A stretch of DNA of 64,000 nucleotides from the human T2T-CHM13v2.0 reference genome, Homo sapiens: assembly GCF_009914755.1 (NCBI RefSeq), contig NC_060948.1; one strand, written 5' to 3'. The position numbers and the translations under genes were made by a program. Positions within the stretch are counted from its first letter, which is position 1. Each line of letters starts with the position of its first letter. This document shows, piece after piece, positions 22,463 to 41,808 of the stretch. Below the pieces are notes generated by a model, which was given only the letters and a program-made list of their open reading frames with translations, had not been told where the DNA came from and did no database searches.

Positions 22463-24562
22463 AGATCCATATTTTTTAAATGAAAAAAAATTTCAAAGGT
22501 ACTCTGCTTGGTATAATAATCAAATGTATAAACTGAGGAATAAAACATAACCATGAAACCTACTTATAACTGCATATGGAAAATACAGAGGATAATTTTT
22601 TAAATAACAAATTTTGAAAGCCTTAACTAGTAATTTGAAGAGCTGGCATTTGAAAGGCCAGTATGAATATACCTTCAAAGCAGCAACACAGGTTCCCCAT
22701 GAGAAAAAGCAAACACAGGGAAAGTAAAAACACAAAGGTTCAATCTCTTCTGACCTTTGAAAGACACAGCACAGACAGTGGTCCTTAGGACGAAGAGCAG
22801 GAGACCCCTAATTCCGTCACCATGGCGATAGGGCATAAACATTGCTGGGTGAGGGCACAATCCACATTGTGAGGTCCAACTGCTGCCAGGAAGACAGGAG
22901 TGCTTTTACATAGACCGAAAGGTCATTGAAGGCTCAGAGTTTTGTTTCAAGAACTGAATCCCAAGCCCACACGTTATTAGGCTGCGCTTCTTAAAACAAG
23001 TTATGAGATGGGAAAAAGGGCACCCACAAACATACGTATACATTATGTATATAATAATATAGAGTGTCATATATATAATATATATAACCTATGTATAATA
23101 TTGTTTTACATCCTGCATCTTATGTTATATATATTGTATAAAATATAATAATTGATAATATATAAGTTTTATATTTATACAATATGACATATAGTATATA
23201 TTATAATTTATGACATATATAATATATGTTATATATCATATATAGAATATATTATACGGTTAATATACGTATTAAATATAAATTATACATTATATATATT
23301 ATATATAATATATCTGTTATATATAATACCCATTATGCATAATATATATATTATGTCTATGTTATATATAGTATAAAACAACATATAATAATATATAATT
23401 GTATATATAAAATGCGACATATAATATATATTATATTTTATAACATATGTAATATATATTATATATAATACGTTGTATGTATAATACCTCTATTAAATAT
23501 ATATTATATGACTATGTTATTAATTACATGTCACATGTGTTATATATTATATATTTTACATAGAATATACCGGTTACATACAATATATACTATGTTACCT
23601 ATAATGTATAATTTTTTACATGTAAAATAAAGAATGCAATATATTATGTAAAATTTATAGTATACCATATGTGGAATGTGATATATATAAAATATAATAT
23701 ATGTTATATATGATATACAGTATATGATATATAACATACAATATATGATTCCTAATATATATGGTATACAATATATATTTTATGATATGTATTCTATATG
23801 TTTTATATTCTGTTATATATAACTATTTGAAATTATATATAACTGTATAATATTTTATGTAAATATGTAATATAATATATATAACTATATAATATATTAT
23901 ATATAACTATATATAATGTTATATATACTTTTATAACATAATTTACATAAAATATCATAATATAATATATATTATATTATTTCATATTACATAATATATA
24001 TTACATATCACCCAATATAACTAACATACATAATATTATAATATAGATTATATTGTGTTATATTAAATATCATATATATCATGTATCATATATTCTATAA
24101 TATATATTACACATTATATATTATGTATGTTGTCTATTATGTGATATATATAACTATATATATAATTATATTTTTATACATATAACTAGATAAACATGTA
24201 ATTCTACATATTTTCATTTATAATATATAGAATTATATAATCATATATAATTATTTATATTCTATAAAAAATTTTATCATTATATAAATTATAATATATA
24301 AAAATTATAATATGTACTACAAATATATATATTATATATCATATATGCAATAGTACCTTTGTTATATATCATAATACATATAAATGTGTATTATGTTATC
24401 TATAATTATATAATTTCATATATAAGTTGTATAATATGTAACATATATTATATATGTTATGTAATATATATAGTATATATAAGATGACACAGGATAAATA
24501 TTATATACTATGACATATAAAATATATGAGGTTATATGTTACATATAAGGCATAGCACATAA

Positions 24563-24877
<315 letters not shown>

Positions 24878-26981
24878 AGATCCATATTCTTTAAATGAAA
24901 AAAAATTTCAAAGGTACTCTGCTTGGTACAATAATCAAATGTATAAACTGAGGAGTAAAACATAACCATGAAACCTACTTATAACTGCATATGGAAAATA
25001 CAGAGGATAATTTTTTAAATAACATATTTTGAAAGCCTTAACTAGTAATTTGAAGAGCTGGCATTTGAAAGGCCAGTATGAATATACCTTCAAAGCAGCA
25101 ACACAGGTTCCCCATGAGAAAAAGCAAACACAGGGAAAGTAAAAACACAAAGGTTCAATCTCTTCTGACCTTTGAAAGACACAGCACAGACAGTGGTCCT
25201 TAGGACGAAGAGCAGGAGACCCCTAATTCCGTCACCATGGCGATAGGGCATAAACATTGCTGGGTGAGGGCACAATCCACATTGTGAGGTCCAACTGCTG
25301 CCAGGAAGACAGGAGTGCTTTTACATAGACCGAAAGGTCATTGAAGGCTCAGAGTTTTGTTTCAAGAACTGAATCCCAAGCACACACGTTATTAGGCTGC
25401 GCTTCTTAAAACAAGTTATGAGATGGGAAAAAGGGCACCCACAAACATACGTATACATTATGTATATAATAATATACAGTATCATATATATAATATATAT
25501 AACCTATGTATAATATTGTTTTACATCCTGCATCTTATGTTATATATATTGTATAAAATATAATAATTGATAATATAAAAGTTTTATAATTATACAATAT
25601 GACATATAGTATATATTATAATTTATGACATATATAATATATGTTATATGTCATATATAGAATATATTATACGGTTAACATACGTATTAAATATAAATTA
25701 TACATTATATATATTATATATAATATATCTGTTATATGTAATACCCATTATGCATAATATATATATTATGTCTATGTTATATATAGTATAAAACAACATA
25801 TAATAATATATAATTGTATATATAAAATGCGACATATAATATATATTATATTTTATAACATATGTAATATATATTATATATTATATATAATACGTTGTAT
25901 GTATAATACCTATATTAAATATATATTATATGACTATGTTATTAATTACATGTCACATGTGTTATATATTATATATTTTACATAGAATATACTGGTTACA
26001 TACAATATATACTATGTTACCTATAATGTATAATTTATTACCTGTAAAATAAAGAATGCAATATATTATGTAAAATTTATAATATACCATATGTGGAATG
26101 TCATATATATAACATATAATATATGATATATGATATACAGTATATGATATATAACATACAATATATGATTCCTAATATATATGGTATACAATATATATTT
26201 TATGATGTGTATTCTATATGTTTTATATTCTGTTATATATAACTATTTGAAATTATATATAACTGTATAATATTTTATGTAAATATGTAATATAATATAT
26301 ATAATATATAATATATTATATATAACTATATATTATGTTATATATACTTTTATAACATAATTTACATAAAATATCATAATATAATATATATTATATTATT
26401 TCATATTACATAATATATATTACATATCACCCAATATAACTAACATACATAATATTATAATATAGATTATATTATGTTATATTAAATATCATATATATCA
26501 TGTATCATATATTCTATAATATATATTACACATTATATAATATGTATGTTGTCTATTATGTGATATATATAACTATATATATAATTATATTTTTATACAT
26601 ATAACTAGATAAACATGTAATTCTACATATTTTCATTTATAATATGTAGAATTATATAATCATATATAATTATTTATATTCTATAAAAAATTTTATCATT
26701 ATATAAATTATAATATATAAAAATTATAATATGTACTACAAATATATATATTATATATCATATATGCTATACTACCTTTGTTATATATCATAATACATAT
26801 AAATGTGTATTATGTTATCTATAATTATATAATTTCATATATAAGTTGTATAATATGTTTCATATATTATATATGTTATGTAATATATATAGTATATATA
26901 AGATGACACAGGATAAATATTATATACTGTGACATATAAAATATATGAGGTTATATGTTACATATAAGGCATAGCACATAA

Positions 26982-27296
<315 letters not shown>

Positions 27297-29397
27297 AGAT
27301 CCATATTTTTTAAATGAAAAAAAATTTCAAAGGTACTCTGCTTGGTACAATAATCAAATGTATAAACTGAGGAATAAACCATAACCATGAAACCTACTTA
27401 TAACTGCATATGGATAATACAGAGGATAATTTTTTAAATAACATATATTGAAAGCCTTAACTAGTAATTTGAAGAGCTGGCATTTGAAAGGCCAGTATGA
27501 ATATACCTTCAAAGCAGCAACACAGGTTCCCCATGAGAAAAAGCAAACACAGGGAAAGTAAAAACACAAAGGTTCAATCTCTTCTGACCTTTGAAAGACA
27601 CAGCACAGACAGTGGTCCTTAGGACGAAGAGCAGGAGACCCCTAATTCCGTCACCATGGCGATAGGGCATAAACATTGCTGGGTGAGGGCACAATCCACA
27701 TTGTGAGGTCCAACTGCTGCCAGGAAGACAGGAGTGCTTTTACATAGACCGAAAGGTCATTGAAGGCTCAGAGTTTTGTTTCAAGAACTGAATCCCAAGC
27801 CCACACGTTATTAGGCTGCGCTTCTTAAAACAAGTTATGAGATGGGAAAAAGGGCACCCACAAACATACGTATACATTATGTATATAATAATATACAGTA
27901 TCATATATATAATATATATAACCTATGTATAATATTGTTTTACATCCTGCATCTTATGTTATATATATTGTATAAAATATAATAATTGATAATATATAAG
28001 TTTTATAATTATACAGTAAGACATATAGTATATATTATAATTTATGACATATGTAATATATGTTATAAGTCATATATAGAATATATTATACGGTTAACAT
28101 ACGTATTAAATATAAATTATACATTGTATATATTATATATAATATATCTGTTATATATAATACCCATTATGCATAATATATATATTATGTCTATGTTATA
28201 TATAGTATAAAACAACATATAATAATATATAATTGTATATATAAAATGCGACATATAATATATATTATATTTTATAACATATGTAATATATATTATATAT
28301 TATATATAATACGTTGTATGTATAATACCTATATTAAATATATATTATATGACTATGTTATTAATTACATGTCACATGTGTTATATATTATATATTTTAC
28401 ATAGAATATACCGGTTACATACAATATATACTATGTTACCTATAATGTATAATTTATTACCTGTAAAATAAAGAATGCAATATATTATGTAAAATTTATA
28501 ATATACCATATGTGGAATGTCATATATTTAACATATAATATATGATATATGATATACAGTATATGATATATAACATACAATATATGATTCCTAATATATA
28601 TGGTATACTATATATATTTTATGATATGTATTCTATATGTTTTATATTCTGTTATATATAACTATTTGAAATTATATATAACTGTATAATATTTTATGTA
28701 AATATGTAATATAATATATATAACTATATAATATATTATATATAACTATATATTATGTTATATATACTTTTATAACATAATTTACATAAAATATCATAAT
28801 ATAATATATATTATATTATTTCATATTACATAATATATATTTCATATCACCCAATATAACTAACATACATAATATTATAATATAGATTATATTGTGTTAT
28901 ATTAAATATCATATATATCATGTATCATATATTCTATAATATATATTACACACTATATAATATGTATGTTGTCTACTATATGATATATATAACTATATAT
29001 ATAATTATATTTTTATACATATAACTAGATAAACATGTAATTCTACATATTTTCATTTATAATATGTAGAATTATATAATCATATATAATTATATTCTAT
29101 AAAAAATTTTATCATTATATAAATTATAATATATAAAAATTATAATATGTACTACAAATATATATATTATATATCATATATGATATAGTACCTTTGTTAT
29201 ATATCATAATACATATAAATGTGTATTATGTTATCTATAATTATATAATTTCATATATAAGATGTATAATATGTATCATATATTATATATGTTATGTAAT
29301 ATATATAGTATATATAAGATGACACAGGATAAATATTATATACTATGACATATAAAATATATGAGGTTATATGTTACATATAAGGCATAGCACATAA

Positions 29398-29712
<315 letters not shown>

Positions 29713-31813
29713 AGATCCATATTTTTTAAATGAAAAAAAATTTCAAAGGTACTCTGCTTGGTACAATAATCAAATGTATAAACTGAGGAATAAAACATAA
29801 CCATGAAACCTACTTATAACTGCATATGGAAAATACAGAGGATAATTTTTTAAATAACATATTTTGAAAGCCTTAACTAGTAATTTGAAGAGTTGGCATT
29901 TGAAAGGCCAGTATGAATATACCTTCAAAGCAGCAACACAGGTTCCCCATGAGAAAAAGCAAACACAGGGAAAATAAAAACACAAAGGTTCAATCTCTTC
30001 TGACCTTTGAAAGACACAGCACAGACAGTGGTCCTTAGGACGAAGAGCAGGAGACCCCTAATTCCGTCACCATGGCGATAGGGCATAAACATTGCTGGGT
30101 GAGGGCACAATCCACATTGTGAGGTCCAACTGCTGCCAGGAAGACAGGAGTGCTTTTACATAGACCGAAAGGTCATTGAAGGCTCAGAGTTTTGTTTCAA
30201 GAACTGAATCCCAAGCCCACACGTTATTAGGCTGCGCTTCTTAAAACAAGTTATGAGATGGGAAAAAGGGCACCCACAAACATACGTATACATTATGTAT
30301 ATAATAATATACAGTATCATATATATAATATATATAACCTTTGTATAATATTGTTTTACATCCTGCATCTTATGTTATATATATTGTATAAAATATAATA
30401 ATTGATAATATATAAGTTTTATAATTATACAATATGACATATAGTATATATTATAATTTATGACATATATAATATATGTTATATGTCATATATAGAATAT
30501 ATTATACGGTTAACATACGTATTAAATATAAATTATACATTGTATATATTATATATAATATATCTGTTATATATAATACCCATTATGCATAATATATACA
30601 TTATGTCTATGCTATATATAGTATAAAACAACATATAATAATATATAATTGTATATATAAAATGCGACATATAATATATATTATATTTTATAACATATGA
30701 AATATATATTATATATTATATATAATACGTTGTATGTATAATACCTATATTAAATATATATTATATGACTATGTTATTAATTACATGTCACATGTGTTAT
30801 ATATTATATATTTTACATAGAATATACCGGTTACATACAATATATACTATGTTACCTATAATGTATAATTTATTACCTGTAAAATAAAGAATGCAATATA
30901 TTATGTAAAATTTATAATATACCATATGTGGAATGTCATATATTTAACATATAATATATGATATATGATATACAGTATATGATATATAACATACAATATA
31001 TGATTCCTAATATATATGGTATACAATATATATTTTATGATATGTATTCTATATGTTTTATATTCTGTTATATATAACTATTTGAAATTATATATAACTG
31101 TATAATATTTTATGTAAATATGTAATATAATATATATAACTATATAATATATTATATATAACTATATATTATGTTATATATACTTTTATAACATAATTTA
31201 CATAAAATATCATAATATAATATATATTATATTATTTCATATTACATAATATATATTACATATCACCCAATATAACTAACATACATAATATTATAATATA
31301 GATTATATTGTGTTATATTAAATATCATATATATCATGTATCATATATTCTATAATATATATTACACACTATATAATATGTATGTTGTCTACTATATGAT
31401 ATATATAACTATATATATAATTATATTTTTATACATATAACTGGATAAACATGTAATTCTACATATTTTCATTTATAATATGTAGAATTATATAATCATA
31501 TATAATTATATTCTATAAAAAATTTTATCATTCTATAAATTATAATATATAAAAATTATAATATGTACTACAAATATATATATTATATATCATATATGAT
31601 ATAGTACCTTTGTTATATATCATAATACATATAAATGTGTATTATGTTATCTATAATTATATAATTTCATATATAAGATGTATAATATGTATCATATATT
31701 ATATATGTTATGTAATATATATAGTATATATAAGATGACACAGGATAAATATTATATACTATGACATATAAAATATATGAGGTTACATGTTACATATAAG
31801 GCATAGCACATAA

Positions 31814-32128
<315 letters not shown>

Positions 32129-34256
32129 AGATCCATATTTTTTAAATGAAAAAAAATTTCAAAGGTACTCTGCTTGGTACAATAATCAAATGTATAAACT
32201 GAGGAATAAAACATAACCATGAAACCTACTTATAACTGCATATGGAAAATACAGAGGATAATTTTTTAAATAACATATTTTGAAAGCCTTAACTAGTAAT
32301 TTGAAGAGTTGGCATTTGAAAGGCCAGTATGAATATACCTTCAAAGCAGCAACACAGGTTCCCCATGAGAAAAAGCAAACACAGGGAAAATAAAAACACA
32401 AAGGTTCAATCTCTTCTGACCTTTGAAAGACACAGCACAGACAGTGGTCCTTAGGACGAAGAGCAGGAGACCCCTAATTCCGTCACCATGGCGATAGGGC
32501 ATAAACATTGCTGGGTGAGGGCACAATCCACATTGTGAGGTCCAACTGCTGCCAGGAAGACAGGAGTGCTTTTACATAGACCGAAAGGTCATTGAAGGCT
32601 CAGAGTTTTGTTTCAAGAACTGAATCCCAAGCCCACACGTTATTAGGCTGCGCTTCTTAAAACAAGTTATGAGATGGGAAAAAGGGCACCCACAAACATA
32701 CGTATACATTATCTATATAATAATATACAGTATCATATATATAATATATATAACCTATGTATAATATTGTTTTACATCCTGCATCTTATGTTATATATAT
32801 TGTATAAAATATAATAATTGATAATATATAAGTTTTATATTTATACAATATGACATATAATATATATTATAATTTATGACATATATAATATATGTTATAT
32901 ATCATATATAGAATATATTATACGGTTAACATACGTATTAAATATAAATTATACATTGTATATATTATATATAATATATCTGTTATATATAATACCCATT
33001 ATGCATAATATATATATTATGTCTATGCTATATATAGTATAAAACAACATATAATAATATATAATTTTATATATAAAATGCGACATATAATATATAATAT
33101 ATTTTATAACATATGTAATATATATTATATATTATATATAATACGTTGTATGTATAATACCTATATTAAATATATATTATATGACTATGTTATTAATTAC
33201 ATGTCACATGTGTTATATATTATATATTTTACATAGAATATACCGGTTACATACAATATATACTATGTTACCTATAATGTATAATTTATTACCTGTAAAA
33301 TAAAGAATGCAATATATTATGTAAAATTTATAATATACCATATGTGGAATGTCATATATTTAACATATAATATATGATATATGATATACACTATATGATA
33401 TATAACATACAATATATGATTCCTAATATATATGGTATACAATATATATTTTATGATATGTATTCTATATGTTTTATATTCTGTTATATATAACTATTTG
33501 AAATTATATATAACTGTATAATATTTTATGTAAATATGTAATATAATATATATAACTATATAATATATTATATATAACTATATATTATGTTATATATACT
33601 TTTATAACATAATTTACATAAAATATCATAATATAATATATATTATATTATTTCATATTACATAATATATATTACATATCACCCAATATAACTAACATAC
33701 ATAATATTATAATATAGATTATATTGTGTTATATTAAATATCATATATATCATGTATCATATATTCTATAATATATATTACACATTATATAATATGTATG
33801 TTGTCTATTATGTGATATATATAACTATATATATAATTATATTTTTATACATATAACTAGATAAACATGTAATTCTACATATTTTCATTTATAATATGTA
33901 GAATTATATAATCATATATAATTATTTATATTCTATAAAAAATTTTATCATTATATAAATTATAATATATAAAAATTATAATATGTACTACAAATATATA
34001 TATTATATATCATATATGCTATAGTTCCTTTGTTATATATCATAATACATATAAATGTGTATTATGTTATCTATAATTATATAATTTCATATATAAGTTG
34101 TATAATATGTATCATATATTATATATGTTATGTAATATATATAGTATATATAAGATGACACAGGATAAATATTATATACTATGACATATAAAATATATGA
34201 GGTTATATGTTACATATAAGGCATAGCACATAACATGTAATATATATCATATATAA

Positions 34257-34548
34257 TTTTTTTTTAGACAGAATCTTGTCCTGTTGCACAGGGTTGGGTA
34301 CAATGGCGCCATCTTTGCTCACTGCAACTTCTGCCTCACGGGTCCAAGCGATTGTCCTCCCTCAGCCTCCCAGGTAGCTGGGACTACACCACACTGGGAC
34401 TACACCAGCTGCCACCATGCCTAGCTAATTTTTTGGATTTTTAGTAGTGACAGCGTTTCACTGTATTGGCCAGGATGGTCTTGATCTCTTCACCTTGTGA
34501 TCCCCTTGCCTTGGCCTCCAAATTTGCTGGGATTACAGGCCTGAGCCA
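34257..34548 (-). mobile_element. Alu remnant, unit 15
   Basis: Tandem copy of the unit-1 Alu. Confidence 0.95.
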
Positions 34549-36653
34549 AGATCCATATTTTTTAAATGAAAAAAAATTTCAAAGGTACTCTGCTTCGTAC
34601 AATAATCAAATGTATAAACTGAGGAATAAAACATAACCATGAAACCTACTTATAACTGCATATGGAAAATACAGAGGATAATTTTTTAAATAACATATTT
34701 TGAAAGCCTTAACTAGTAATTTGAAGAGTTGGCATTTGAAAGGCCAATATGAATATACCTTCAAAGCAGCAACACAGGTTCCCCATGAGAAAAAGCAAAC
34801 ACAGGGAAAATAAAAACACAAAGGTTCAATCTCTTCTGACCTTTGAAAGACACAGCAGAGACAGTGGTCCTTAGGACGAAGAGCAGGAGACCCCTAATTC
34901 CGTCACCATGGCGATAGGGCATAAACATTGCTGGGTGAGGGCACAATCCACATTGTGAGGTCCAACTGCTGCCAGGAAGACAGGAGTGCTTTTACATAGA
35001 CCGAAAGGTCATTGAAGGCTCAGAGTTTTGTTTCAAGAACTGAATCCCAAGCCCACACGTTATTAGGCTGCGCTTCTTAAAACAAGTTATGAGATGGGAA
35101 AAAGGGCACCCACAAACTTACGTATACATTATGTATATAATAATATACAGTATCATATATATAATATATATAACCTATGTATAATATTGTTTTACATCCT
35201 GCATCTTATGTTATATATATTGTATAAAATATAATAATTGATAATATATAAGTTTTATAATTATACAATATGACATATAGTATATATTATAATTTATGAC
35301 ATATATAATATATGTTATATGTCATATATAGAATATATTATACGGTTAATATACGTATTAAATATAAATTATACATTCTATATATTATATATAATATATC
35401 TGTTATATATAATACCCATTATGCATAATATATATATTATGTCTATGTTATATATAGTATAAAACAACATATAATAATATATAATTGTATATATAAAATG
35501 CGACATATAATATATATTATATTTTATAACATATGAAATATATATTATATATTATATATAATACGTTGTATGTATAATACCTATATTAAATATATATTAT
35601 ATGACTATGTTATTAATTACATGTCACATGTGTTATATATTATATATTTTACATAGAATATACCGGTTACATACAATATATACTATGTTACCTATAATGT
35701 ATTATTTATTACATGTAAAATAAAGAATGCAATATATTATGTATAATTTATAATATACCATATGTGGAATGTCATATATATAACATATAATATATGATAT
35801 ATGATATACAGTATATGATATATAACATACAATATATGATTCCTAATACATATGGTATACAATATATATTTTATGATATGTATTCTATATGTTTTATATT
35901 CTGTTATATATAACTATTTGAAATTATATATAACTGTATAATATTTTATGTAAATATGTAATATAATATATATAACTATATAATATATTATATATAACTA
36001 TATATTATGTTATATATACTTTTATAACATAATTTACATAAAATATCATAATATAATATATATTATATTATTTCATATTACATAATATATATTACATATC
36101 ACCCAATATAACTAACATACATAATATTATAACATAGATTATATTATGTTATATTAAATATCATCTATATCATGTATCATATATTCTATAATATATATTA
36201 CACATTATATAATATGTGTGTTGTCTATTATGTGATATATATAACTCTATATATAATTATATTTTTATACATATAACTAGATAAACATGTAATTCTACAT
36301 ATTTTCATTTATAATATGTAGAATTATATAATCATATATAATTATTTATATTCTATAAAAAATTTTATCTTTATATAAATTATAATATATAAAAATTATA
36401 ATATGTACAACAAATATATATATTATATATCATATATGATATAGTACCTTTGTTATATATCATAATACATATAAATGTGTATTATGATATCTATAATTAT
36501 ATAATTTCATATATAAGATGTATAATATGTATCATATATTATATATGTTATGTAATATATGTAGTATATATAAGATGACACAGGATAAATATTATATACT
36601 ATGACATATAAAATATATGAGGTTATATGTTACATATAAGGCATAGCACATAA

Positions 36654-36968
<315 letters not shown>

Positions 36969-39073
36969 AGATCCATATTTTTTAAATGAAAAAAAATTTC
37001 AAAGGTACTCTGCTTGGTACAATAATCAAATGTATAAACTGAGGAATAAAACATAACCATGAAACCTACTTATAACTGCATATGGAAAATACAGAGGATA
37101 ATTTTCTAAATAACATATTTTGAAAGCCTTAACTAGTAATTTGAAGAGTTGGCATTTGAAAGGCCAGTATGAATATACCTTCAAAGCAGCAACACAGGTT
37201 CCCCATGAGAAAAAGCAAACACAGGGAAAATAAAAACACAAAGGTTCAATCTCTTCTGACCTTTGAAAGACACAGCACAGACAGTGGTCCTTAGGACGAA
37301 GAGCAGGAGACCCCTAATTCCGTCACCATGGCGATAGGGCATAAACATTGCTGGGTGAGGGCACAATCCACATTGTGAGGTCCAACTGCTGCCAGGAAGA
37401 CAGGAGTGCTTTTACATAGACCGAAAGGTCATTGAAGGCTCAGAGTTTTGTTTCAAGAACTGAATCCCAAGCCCACACGTTATTAGGCTGCGCTTCTTAA
37501 AACAAGTTATGAGATGGGAAAAAGGGCACCCACAAACATACGTATACATTATGTATATAATAATATACAGTATCATATATATAATATATATAACCTATGT
37601 ATAATATTGTTTTACATCCTGCATCTTATGTTATATATATTGTATAAAATATAATAATTGATAATATATAAGTTTTATATTTATACAATATGACATATAA
37701 TATATATTATAATTTATGACATATATAATATATGTTATATATCATATATAGAATATATTATACGGTTAATATACGTATTAAATATAAATTATACATTATA
37801 TATATTATATATAATATATCTGTTATATATAATAACCATTATGCATAATATATATATTATGTCTATGTTATATATAGTAAAAAACAACATATAATAATAT
37901 ATAATTGTATATGTAAAATGCGACATATAATATATATTATATTTTATAACATATGTAATATATATTATACATTATATATAATACGTTGTATGAATAATAC
38001 CTATATTAAATATATATTATATGACTATGTTATTAATTACATGTCACATGTGTTATATATTATATATTTTACATAGAATATACCGGTTGCATACAATATA
38101 TACTATGTTACTTATAATGTATAATTTATTACATGTAAAATAAAGAATGCAATATATTATGTATAATTTATAATATACAATATGTGGAATGTGATATATA
38201 TAACATATAATATATGATATATGATATACAGTATATGATATATAACATACAATATATGATTCCTAATATATATGGTATACAATATATATTTTATGATATG
38301 TATTCTATACGTTTTATATTCTGTTATATATAACTATTTGAAATTATATATAACTGTATAATATTTTATGTAAATATGTAATATAATATATATAACTATA
38401 TAATATATTATATATAACTATATATTATGTTATATATACTTTTATAACATAATTTACATAAAATATCATAATATAATATATATTATATTATTTCATATTA
38501 CATAATATATATTACATATCACCCAATATAACTAACATACATAATATTATAATATAGATTATATTGTGTTATATTAAATATCATATATATCATGTATCAT
38601 ATATTCTATAATATATATTACACATTATATAATATGTATGTTGTCTATTATGTGATATATATAACTATATATATAATTATATTTTTATACATATAACTAG
38701 ATAAACATGTAATTCTACATATTTTCATTTATAATATGTAGAATTATATAATCATATATAATTATTTATATTCTATAAAAAATTTTATCATTATATAAAT
38801 TATAATATATAAAAATTATAATATGTACTACAAATATATATATTATATATCATATATGCTATAGTTCCTTTGTTATATATCATAATACATATAAATGTGT
38901 ATTATGTTATCTATAATTATATAATTTCATATATAAGTTGTATAATATGTATCATATATTATATATGTTATGTAATATATATAGTATATATAAGATGACA
39001 CAGGATAAATATTATATACTATGACATATAAAATATATGAGGTTATATGTTACATATAAGGCATAGCACATAA

Positions 39074-39388
<315 letters not shown>

Positions 39389-41493
39389 AGATCCATATTT
39401 TTTAAATGAAAAAAAATTTCAAAGGTACTCTGCTTCGTACAATAATCAAATGTATAAACTGAGGAATAAAACATAACCATGAAACCTACTTATAACTGCA
39501 TATGGAAAATACAGAGGATAATTTTTTAAATAACATATTTTGAAAGCCTTAACTAGTAATTTGAAGAGTTGGCATTTGAAAGGCCAATATGAATATACCT
39601 TCAAAGCAGCAACACAGGTTCCCCATGAGAAAAAGCAAACACAGGGAAAATAAAAACACAAAGGTTCAATCTCTTCTGACCTTTGAAAGACACAGCAGAG
39701 ACAGTGGTCCTTAGGACGAAGAGCAGGAGACCCCTAATTCCGTCACCATGGCGATAGGGCATAAACATTGCTGGGTGAGGGCACAATCCACATTGTGAGG
39801 TCCAACTGCTGCCAGGAAGACAGGAGTGCTTTTACATAGACCGAAAGGTCATTGAAGGCTCAGAGTTTTGTTTCAAGAACTGAATCCCAAGCCCACACGT
39901 TATTAGGCTGCGCTTCTTAAAACAAGTTATGAGATGGGAAAAAGGGCACCCACAAACTTACGTATACATTATGTATATAATAATATACAGTATCATATAT
40001 ATAATATATATAACCTATGTATAATATTGTTTTACATCCTGCATCTTATGTTATATATATTGTATAAAATATAATAATTGATAATATATAAGTTTTATAA
40101 TTATACAATATGACATATAGTATATATTATAATTTATGACATATATAATATATGTTATATGTCATATATAGAATATATTATACGGTTAATATACGTATTA
40201 AATATAAATTATACATTCTATATATTATATATAATATATCTGTTATATATAATACCCATTATGCATAATATATATATTATGTCTATGTTATATATAGTAT
40301 AAAACAACATATAATAATATATAATTGTATATATAAAATGCGACATATAATATATATTATATTTTATAACATATGAAATATATATTATATATTATATATA
40401 ATACGTTGTATGTATAATACCTATATTAAATATATATTATATGACTATGTTATTAATTACATGTCACATGTGTTATATATTATATATTTTACATAGAATA
40501 TACCGGTTACATACAATATATACTATGTTACCTATAATGTATTATTTATTACATGTAAAATAAAGAATGCAATATATTATGTATAATTTATAATATACCA
40601 TATGTGGAATGTGATATATATAACATATAATATATGATATATGATATACAGTATATGATATATAACATACAATATATGATTCCTAATACATATGGTATAC
40701 AATATATATTTTATGATATGTATTCTATATGTTTTATATTCTGTTATATATAACTATTTGAAATTATATATAACTGTATAATATTTTATGTAAATATGTA
40801 ATATAATATATATAACTATATAATATATTATATATAACTATATATTATGTTATATATACTTTTATAACATAATTTACATAAAATATCATAATATAATATA
40901 TATTATATTATTTCATATTACATAATATATATTACATATCACCCAATATAACTAACATACATAATATTATAATATAGATTATATTATGTTATATTAAATA
41001 TCATCTATATCATGTATCATATATTCTATAATATATATTACACATTATATAATATGTGTGTTGTCTATTATGTGATATATATAACTCTATATATAATTAT
41101 ATTTTTATACATATAACTAGATAAACATGTAATTCTACATATTTTCATTTATAATATGTAGAATTATATAATCATATATAATTATTTATATTCTATAAAA
41201 AATTTTATCTTTATATAAATTATAATATATAAAAATTATAATATGTACTACAAATATATATATTATATATCATATATGATATAGTACCTTTGTTATATAT
41301 CATAATACATATAAATGTGTATTATGTTATCTATAATTATATAATTTCATATATAAGATATATAATATGTATCATATATTATATATGTTATGTAATATAT
41401 GTAGTATATATAAGATGACACAGGATAAATATTATATACTATGACATATAAAATATATCAGGTTATATGTTACATATAAGGCATAGCACATAA

Positions 41494-41808
<315 letters not shown>

